From: a bacterium | GTDB lineage: Bacteria; Acidobacteriota; Blastocatellia; HR10 | Assembly (NCBI GenBank): GCA_041640655.1 | Contig: JBEPZV010000001.1 | Location: forward strand, 96,001 to 160,000 | Direction of reading: 5' to 3' | Length of the DNA: 64,000 bases | In this document: positions 57,672-64,000 of the stretch, in pieces | Layout of the letters: every line of letters begins with the position of its first letter | Position numbering within the stretch: the first letter of the stretch is position 1 | Translations under genes and position numbers: made by a program | Notes under the pieces: model-generated | Told to the model about the DNA's origin: nothing | The model's input: the letters and a program-made list of their open reading frames with translations, nothing else | The model's database searches: none

Positions 57672-58088
57672 ATGAGCGAGTGGATCGTTCGACAAAAGAT
57701 TCGCATCCCCTTCCACTATACGACCGGTCGCACCCTCACGCGCTTCCTCACAGGGCTCGCCCAATGTCGCATCTGGGCGACCCGATGCGCTGCCTGCGCG
57801 CGCGTCTACGTCCCGCCGCGTAGCTTCTGCGGACGATGCTGGCGGGAGATCACCGAATGGCGGGAATTGCCCGCCGAAGGAGAGGTGATGAGCTACACGG
57901 TGCGACCTGCCGACCCCCCGCTGATCCTCGGCCTCATCCGCTTGGATGGAGCCGACACCGCTCTCGTGCATCGCCTGGGCGAGGTCGAGCCCGAGGAGCT
58001 GGAGCGCGTGGTTCGCGTCCGCGCCGTATGGCGCGAGGATCGAATCGGGAGCATCCTGGACATCGCCTACTTCGCCCCAGTGCGATAG
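57672..58088 (+). CDS. DUF35 Zn-ribbon/OB-fold protein, second copy
   Basis: CAACARVYVPPRSFCGRC, IRLDGADT, RVRAVW. Confidence 0.88.
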   Translation: MSEWIVRQKIRIPFHYTTGRTLTRFLTGLAQCRIWATRCAACARVYVPPRSFCGRCWREITEWRELPAEGEVMSYTVRPADPPLILGLIRLDGADTALVHRLGEVEPEELERVVRVRAVWREDRIGSILDIAYFAPVR

Positions 58089-58098
58089 GGAGGGAGCC

Positions 58099-59247
58099 AT
58101 GGATTTCGGATTCACCCAAGAGCAGTTGCAGATCAAGAAGGCCGTGCGGGAATTCGCCCTGCGCGAGATCGCTCCCCATGTGGCCGCGTATGACCAGCAG
58201 GAGCGATTCCCCGTCGAGATCGTCCGAAAGGCGGCGGCGCAGGGCTATATGGGGGGCGTCGTCCCCGTCGAGTACGGCGGCGCGGGCCTGGATTACGTCA
58301 CCTATACGCTCATCATCGAGGAGATCTCGCGGGTGTGCCAGATCGTCGGCTGCGCCCTCTCCTTCCCCAGCGGCCTGGCGGGATCGGCCATCCTCCGCTA
58401 CGGGACGGAAGAGCAGAAGCAGAAGTATCTGAGGCCGCTCGCTCAGGGCGAAGCGTTCGCCTCCGTGGCGCTCACCGAGCCGGGATCGGGGACGGACGTC
58501 GCCGCCATGCGCACGATGTGTCGGCGGGATGGGAGATATTACGTTCTCAATGGGGCGAAAGCCTGGATCAGCTTCCTCGATGTGTGTGATTGGGTGCTGA
58601 CCTTCGCCACCCTGGATCGCAGCTTGGGCCATAAGGGCATCTGCGCCTTCATCGTCGAACGCGGCACACCGGGCATGACCTTTCGACCTTACACGCACAA
58701 GCTCGGGTTCAAACCCTTGTGCACGGGCGAAGTCGTCTTCGAGGACTGTCGCGTCCCCATTGAGAACCGCATTGGGGAGGAGGGCGAGGGCTTCCGCGTC
58801 GCCATGTGCGCAGTTGAGAACGGACGTCTGGGCGTCGCCGCGCGCGCCGTGGGGATGGCTCAGGCGTGCCTGGACGAGGTCATCGCGTATGCGCGCGAGC
58901 GCGTCGTCTTCGGTCAGCCCATCGGGAAGTTCCAACTGGTCCAGTCCAAGATCACCGATATGGTCGTGGGGATCGAGAGCGCGCGCTATCTGACTTACCG
59001 GCTGGCCTGGCTCAAGGACCAAGGCGTTCAGGATGTTCGCCGCGAGGCCTCCATCGCCAAGATGGTCGCCACCGATGTCGCCCTCATGGCGGCCACTCAC
59101 GCCGTGCAGATCTTCGGCGCCTACGGCTGTTCGGCCGAATATCCCGTCAGCCGATACTATCGCGACGCCAAGGTCTTTCAGATCGTCGAGGGCGTCAATG
59201 AGCTGCATCGCGTGCTCATCGCCGAGTATACTCTGGGCTATCGCTGA
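58099..59247 (+). CDS. Acyl-CoA dehydrogenase
   Basis: ALTEPGSGTD, LNGAKAWIS, FGQPIGKFQ, RYYRDAKVFQIVEG. Confidence 0.94.
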   Translation: MDFGFTQEQLQIKKAVREFALREIAPHVAAYDQQERFPVEIVRKAAAQGYMGGVVPVEYGGAGLDYVTYTLIIEEISRVCQIVGCALSFPSGLAGSAILRYGTEEQKQKYLRPLAQGEAFASVALTEPGSGTDVAAMRTMCRRDGRYYVLNGAKAWISFLDVCDWVLTFATLDRSLGHKGICAFIVERGTPGMTFRPYTHKLGFKPLCTGEVVFEDCRVPIENRIGEEGEGFRVAMCAVENGRLGVAARAVGMAQACLDEVIAYARERVVFGQPIGKFQLVQSKITDMVVGIESARYLTYRLAWLKDQGVQDVRREASIAKMVATDVALMAATHAVQIFGAYGCSAEYPVSRYYRDAKVFQIVEGVNELHRVLIAEYTLGYR

Positions 59248-59264
59248 CGTGAGGGAGAGGGCTT

Positions 59265-60662
59265 ATGGCGAAGTACGACGTCGTCATCATCGGCGCCGGA
59301 GCCGCCGGACTGACGGCCGGAGCCCTGTTGGCCAAGTTCGGGAAGCGGGTGCTCATCCTGGAACGCGACGCCTATCTCGGCGGCCGCGCTATGGCCATCC
59401 CTTATGAGGGGTATCGGCTCAACCTCGGTGGCCATCTCCTCGAGGATAGCGGATCGGGCATCACCCGGATCTTCCAGTTCCTCGGGAAGCGGCTCGAGCA
59501 CGGTGTCGTCAATCAGGGCCTCCCCTTCTGGGACAATCGCGACGGACGATGGCGGCCCATCCAGGAGCGCTATCGCGTGGAGAAGGGCGAGCTGAAGAAG
59601 ATCATCCGCATCCTCTGCGAGACCGATTTCTCGGAGTTCGACCGCTACGATCATCTCCCCCTGCGAGCGTGGCTCCTGGAGCATACGCGCAGCGAGGGCA
59701 TCATCGAGCTGTTCGAGTACATCGCCATGGCGGAATGTCTCACCGAGCGGTGGTACGATCACTCGGCCAGCGATAATCTCTACGTGCGCAAGATGCATTA
59801 TCAGGAGAAGCAAACGGCAGGATATTCCTTCTGGCCCGTCGGCGGATGGGACGGGATGTTCCACACCCTCGCCGAGGCCGTTCGCGAACGTGGGGGAGAG
59901 ATCCGACTGCACACGCGCGCCCATCGCGTGCTCATCGAGAACGGGCGCGTGACGGCCGTGGCCCTGGAGCCGGTAGAGAAGGCCATCCCCACGGAAGCCT
60001 TCAACCTGGAGTATGTGGAGACAGATGTGGTCATCTCCACCCTGCCCGTCTGGAACGTCCTGGAGGTCGTGCGCGAGCAGGATCTGCCCGATTGGTACGT
60101 GGCCCAGGTGAAGACGCTCGCGCAGGATCGCTTCCGCGTCTGCTGGCTGGGCTTTTACGTCGCCTGTCACGAGCCGATCACCACGGGCACGTCGCTCACG
60201 GAGCTGGCCGTGTGGTTCGAAGCCCCATACAGCCGATTGCCCGGATGGGCGTTTCTGGTCTCGGGGATGGATCCGACGACGGCTCCCGAGGGGAAACACT
60301 TGTTCAACTGCGGATTCGCGTTCCAGGGCGTGCGCGACCGGGAATGGATCGAGCGGAAGTTCGAGGAGGCCGAGCGCGACCTGGCCGCCATGTACCCGAC
60401 GACGTTCACGCCGAGGAACATCATCTGGAAGAAGCGCCACCTGGTGATGTATCCCCCCTTCGGCGTCATTCAAAAGCCGTGTCTGGTCGGTCGCTACCGA
60501 CCCGATTATCGCGCACCGAACGTGGAGGGGTTATACTTCGCCTCGGAGACCTTTCGCTCGCGTGGCATCGGCGTGGATCGCGCCGCGCGCGCGGCCTTGA
60601 CCTGCGTCGAACAGATCCTGGGCTTTCGCATCCCGGAGTTCGCCGATTCATGGCATTACTGA
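59265..60662 (+). CDS. FAD-dependent oxidoreductase, phytoene-desaturase-like
   Basis: DVVIIGAGAAGL, LGGRA, PVGGW, DPTTAPEGKHL, VEGLYF. Confidence 0.8.
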   Translation: MAKYDVVIIGAGAAGLTAGALLAKFGKRVLILERDAYLGGRAMAIPYEGYRLNLGGHLLEDSGSGITRIFQFLGKRLEHGVVNQGLPFWDNRDGRWRPIQERYRVEKGELKKIIRILCETDFSEFDRYDHLPLRAWLLEHTRSEGIIELFEYIAMAECLTERWYDHSASDNLYVRKMHYQEKQTAGYSFWPVGGWDGMFHTLAEAVRERGGEIRLHTRAHRVLIENGRVTAVALEPVEKAIPTEAFNLEYVETDVVISTLPVWNVLEVVREQDLPDWYVAQVKTLAQDRFRVCWLGFYVACHEPITTGTSLTELAVWFEAPYSRLPGWAFLVSGMDPTTAPEGKHLFNCGFAFQGVRDREWIERKFEEAERDLAAMYPTTFTPRNIIWKKRHLVMYPPFGVIQKPCLVGRYRPDYRAPNVEGLYFASETFRSRGIGVDRAARAALTCVEQILGFRIPEFADSWHY

Positions 60663-60676
60663 GCAGGGGCGCGCCC

Positions 60677-61579
60677 ATGAGGAGCATCGAGCGAAAATCG
60701 CTGATCATCGACGAGCGGGAGGCCGCCTCCTGGATCCGCGATGGGATGACCATCGCCATCGGCGGCTTCATCAATTCGAGCCATCCGATGGCCATCGTGC
60801 GCCAGATCATCCGTCGGGGAGTGCGCGATCTCACGGTCATTGGACCGGCCTCGGGCGGCCTCGATCTGGATCTCCTCATCGGAGCCGGATGCGTCCGGAA
60901 GCTCGTGACGGCTTACATGGGGGGCGAACACTACTGTCCGGTCGCCCCGATGTTCCGCGCCGCCGTCGAACGCGGGGAGCTCCAGGTTTGGGAGTGCGAT
61001 GAGGGGATGTATTACTGCGCCCTGCGCGCGGCAGCCCAGCGCCTGCCCTTCACGCCGTGGAAGGCCGGGATCGGGACGTCGTTCCCCGACGTCAACCCGG
61101 ACATCAAGGTCTTCCCCGATCCGATCACGGGCGAGCCGCTTCTGGCCATCCCGGCCATCAAGCCCGACATCGCCCTCATCTACGCCGCCCACGCCGATCC
61201 ATACGGGAACATCCAACACATCGGGACGGGATTCGGCGATCGGGCCCTCTGGCGCGCCGCCGATCGGACGATCGTGCAGGTCGAGCGGATCATCCCCAAC
61301 GAGGAGGTGCGGAAGAATCCGTTGGCGACATCCCTCTACGGCGTGGACGCGATCGTGCGCGCCCCCTACGGCTCGCATCCGTTCGCCGCGCCGGGCTACT
61401 ACATCGAGGATGCCGAGCATCTGCGCGAATATGTGGCCGCGGCCACCGCCTACGCCAAGCACGGCGATCGCGGACCCTTCGAGGCGTACCTGCGGCAATA
61501 TGTCCTCGAGCCGGAGACGCATGCCGATTACCTGGAGGTCATCGGGATTCGCCGCCTCATCAGCTTGCACGAGTATTGA
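60677..61579 (+). CDS. CoA-transferase family I alpha subunit, IpdA-like
   Basis: IRDGMTIAIGG, ECDEGMYYCALRAAAQRLPF, DPYGN, PYGSHP. Confidence 0.88.
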   Translation: MRSIERKSLIIDEREAASWIRDGMTIAIGGFINSSHPMAIVRQIIRRGVRDLTVIGPASGGLDLDLLIGAGCVRKLVTAYMGGEHYCPVAPMFRAAVERGELQVWECDEGMYYCALRAAAQRLPFTPWKAGIGTSFPDVNPDIKVFPDPITGEPLLAIPAIKPDIALIYAAHADPYGNIQHIGTGFGDRALWRAADRTIVQVERIIPNEEVRKNPLATSLYGVDAIVRAPYGSHPFAAPGYYIEDAEHLREYVAAATAYAKHGDRGPFEAYLRQYVLEPETHADYLEVIGIRRLISLHEY

Positions 61580-61582
61580 CCT

Positions 61583-62380
61583 ATGGCCAAGACGTCCGCC
61601 AGAGACTTCACGACCAAAGAACTCATCGCCGCCTTCATCGCCCATCAGGTGCGCGATGGAGAGCGCGTGGCCGTCGGCGCCGGACTTCACGTGCCGCGCG
61701 CCGGGATCCTGCTGGCGCACCTGCTCTATTGCCCCAACGTGCGGCTCTACATCGTCATGACATTCACCAATCTGCTCAAGGAGCCGCGGATGGAGCCCTT
61801 CTACACGGTGACCGATTTCCGCCCGGCGAAATGGGCCGAAGCCTACGTCCTGCACGACGATTTCCAAGAGAACCCCCGCCTGGTCTCAAATATGTTCGTC
61901 GTGGGCGCTCTGCAGATTGATCCCTACGGGAATTCGAACCTCATCGGCGTCGGCCGGGACTATCACCGACTGAGCTTTCGTGGGCCCGGGGCGGTGGGCA
62001 CGACCTCGATGGCCCATTACGTGGATCGCTACTACCTCTACGTGCAATCTCACGATCGGCGCATCTTCGTCGAGAAGTGCGACTTCATCTCCACCCTCGG
62101 TTGGGGAGAGGGGGGTCCCGATGGGCGCCGACGACTCGGCCTCCCCGATAACGGGCCGATCTATTGCATCACCCCGCTGGGCATCATGGACTTCGAGCCG
62201 CAGACCAAGCGCATGCGACTCAAGTCCGTCCATCCCGGCGTGACCGTGGACGACGTGGTGCGAAACACGGGATTTGAGCTGATCATCCCCGATGTGGTGC
62301 CGGAGACCGAACCACCGACGGTCGAAGAGCTGCGCGTGCTTCGCGAGCGCATTGACGTGGAGGGGATGCTGCGACGATGA
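61583..62380 (+). CDS. CoA-transferase family I beta subunit, IpdB-like
   Basis: ALQIDPYGNSN, RGPGAVG, FVEKCDF, SVHPGV, TEPPT. Confidence 0.88.
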   Translation: MAKTSARDFTTKELIAAFIAHQVRDGERVAVGAGLHVPRAGILLAHLLYCPNVRLYIVMTFTNLLKEPRMEPFYTVTDFRPAKWAEAYVLHDDFQENPRLVSNMFVVGALQIDPYGNSNLIGVGRDYHRLSFRGPGAVGTTSMAHYVDRYYLYVQSHDRRIFVEKCDFISTLGWGEGGPDGRRRLGLPDNGPIYCITPLGIMDFEPQTKRMRLKSVHPGVTVDDVVRNTGFELIIPDVVPETEPPTVEELRVLRERIDVEGMLRR

Positions 62381-64000
62381 CCTGGAAACTCCTGGAGCCG
62401 ATCACCTTCAGCGGTCTGCGCGTGAAGAATCGGATCGTCATGCCCCCCATGGGGATGGGGTATGCGAACGAGGACGGTACCGTCTCCGATCGCATGATCC
62501 GCTATTACCTCCGGCGGGCGCAAAGCGGCGTCGGCATGATCGTCATCGAGAACTGCATCGTGGACCCTCAGGTCGTCGGCGTGGGACCGGAGCTGCGCAT
62601 TCACGACGATCTCTACATCGAGGGATTGCGCCGGCTCGTGCGCGCGCTCAAGCCCTACGACGTCATCGTCGGCTTGCAGTTGAACCACATGGGGCGGCAA
62701 ACGACCTTGGGCACGCCCGTCGCCCCCTCGCCCATCCCCATCTCGCCCAAAGGGCCGATCCCGCGCGCCCTCACGACGGAGGAGATTCGCGTCGTCGTGA
62801 GCGAATTCGTCGAGGGAGCGCGGCGCGCGCGCGAGGCCGGCTTCGACTTCGTCGAGATCCACGGCGCGCACGGATACCTCGTCTGCGAATTCCTCTCCCC
62901 GGCCTCCAATCGCCGGGAGGACGAGTATGGAGGCTCCCTGGAGGGCCGACTGCGCTTCCCCCTGGAGATCGTCGCGGGCATCCGCGAACGTGTGGGCGCG
63001 GATTTCCCCATTCAGTTTCGCCTCTCCGCTCAGGAATACGTGCCCGAGGGGTTGACGCTGGAGGAGACCCGCCAGGTCGCGCGGCGTCTGGAGCAGGCTG
63101 GCGTCAGCGCGATCAGCGTCTCCGCGGGGAATTGGCAAACGCTCCATTACATCATGGCGCCCATGTTCATGCCCAAGGGGTACCTCGTCGAGGACGCCGC
63201 GGCGATCAAATCCGCCGTGCACATCCCGGTCATCGCCGTCGGCCGCCTGCATGACGTCGCCGTGGCCGAGCGCGTCCTGCGCGAGGGGAAGGCCGATCTC
63301 ATCGCCGTCGGCCGCGGGCTCATCGCCGATCCCGAATGGGCGAAGAAGGTGAGGGAAGACCGCATCGAGGACATCCGACCCTGCATCTCCTGCAACTATT
63401 GCGTGGACTTCGTCTCGCGGGCGCTAGAGGCGCGCTGTACGGTCAATGCCGAACTCGGCGAGGAGTTCACGTTCCATGTTCGACCGGCGCGACAGCGCAA
63501 GCGCATCGTCATCATCGGTGGCGGACCGGCCGGACTGGAGGCGGCGCGCGTGGCGGCCGAACGCGGGCACGAGGTCTGGCTCTTCGAGAAGGATCGGCGC
63601 CTGGGCGGGAAGCTCCACGTCTCGGCCGCCGCGCCCTCCAAGGCGGAGATCCATCGGTTCACGGAATATCTGATCCGCCAGATCCAGAAGCATCGCGTCC
63701 GCGTCGAATTGGGCGTGACGCTCACGCGCGAGGAGCTGCTCGGAGGACATCCCGACATCATCATCCTGGCGACGGGGAGCGTGCCCGCGATCCCTCCGCT
63801 TGTGGGCGCGGACCTCCCCATGGTGGCGCTCGCCGAAGACGTGCTGCTTGGGCGCACCACCGTGGGCCCTCGCGTGGTGATCGTGGGCGGAGGCGGAACC
63901 GGGTGCGACGTGGCCGAATATCTGCTCCATCGCGGCCACGAGCTGACGATCCTCGAACTGCTCTCGCATATCGGCCGGGGCGTGGAAGCCATCACCCGCC
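62377..64000 (+). CDS. NADH:flavin oxidoreductase (Old Yellow Enzyme plus Fe-S/FAD domain, FadH/BaiCD-like), runs off the window end
   Basis: Translated by hand: MTWKLLEPITFSGLRVKNRIVMPPM, EIHGAHGYL, NRREDEYGGS, IRPCISCNYC, IIGGGPAGLEAA. Confidence 0.9.
   Translation, partial: MTWKLLEPITFSGLRVKNRIVMPPMGMGYANEDGTVSDRMIRYYLRRAQSGVGMIVIENCIVDPQVVGVGPELRIHDDLYIEGLRRLVRALKPYDVIVGLQLNHMGRQTTLGTPVAPSPIPISPKGPIPRALTTEEIRVVVSEFVEGARRAREAGFDFVEIHGAHGYLVCEFLSPASNRREDEYGGSLEGRLRFPLEIVAGIRERVGADFPIQFRLSAQEYVPEGLTLEETRQVARRLEQAGVSAISVSAGNWQTLHYIMAPMFMPKGYLVEDAAAIKSAVHIPVIAVGRLHDVAVAERVLREGKADLIAVGRGLIADPEWAKKVREDRIEDIRPCISCNYCVDFVSRALEARCTVNAELGEEFTFHVRPARQRKRIVIIGGGPAGLEAARVAAERGHEVWLFEKDRRLGGKLHVSAAAPSKAEIHRFTEYLIRQIQKHRVRVELGVTLTREELLGGHPDIIILATGSVPAIPPLVGADLPMVALAEDVLLGRTTVGPRVVIVGGGGTGCDVAEYLLHRGHELTILELLSHIGRGVEAITR

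Noticed and set aside
62292..63254. 320-aa ORF from the track
   Set aside because: Wrong frame; the real gene is the OYE starting at 62377, which the track omits because it has no stop within the window.

Overview
Bacterial window with no rRNA, tRNA or CRISPR array seen. Three Oar-type TonB-dependent receptors suggest a diderm, possibly Acidobacteriota-like host (inference). It has four parts. (1) 0.1-14.7 kb: a mostly minus-strand catabolic operon (TBDR, hydantoinase/oxoprolinase A and B, isochorismatase-family amidase, CaiB CoA-transferase, HMG-CoA-lyase family, SnoaL) with two GntR regulators and two decayed IS elements. (2) 16-18.2 kb: an HTH-parA-rep-like cassette. The rep-like gene holds two 15-bp-period iteron-like arrays and an AT-rich hairpin, and gene orientation flips here, so this is a probable plasmid or chromid origin. 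(3) 18.3-30.5 kb: an accessory zone. Defence-like modules (AAA ATPase plus DUF4276-like, PHP-ABC ATPase, AlbA_2/Schlafen) are separated by repeated stubs of DUF1156 and DUF3883 genes, followed by GH30, a lone attC, a multicopper oxidase and a collapsed integron integrase. (4) 31.5-64 kb: a long plus-strand acyl-CoA cluster resembling steroid/terpenoid catabolism. It has two IpdAB-like pairs, Ltp3/Ltp4-like thiolases with two DUF35 genes, three LLMs, two TBDRs and a LplA-like gene. It also has three copies of a TetR-like palindrome and a split AhpD-like gene with a CxxU selenocysteine signature and SECIS-like hairpin. All family calls come from motif recognition by eye, not database searches.
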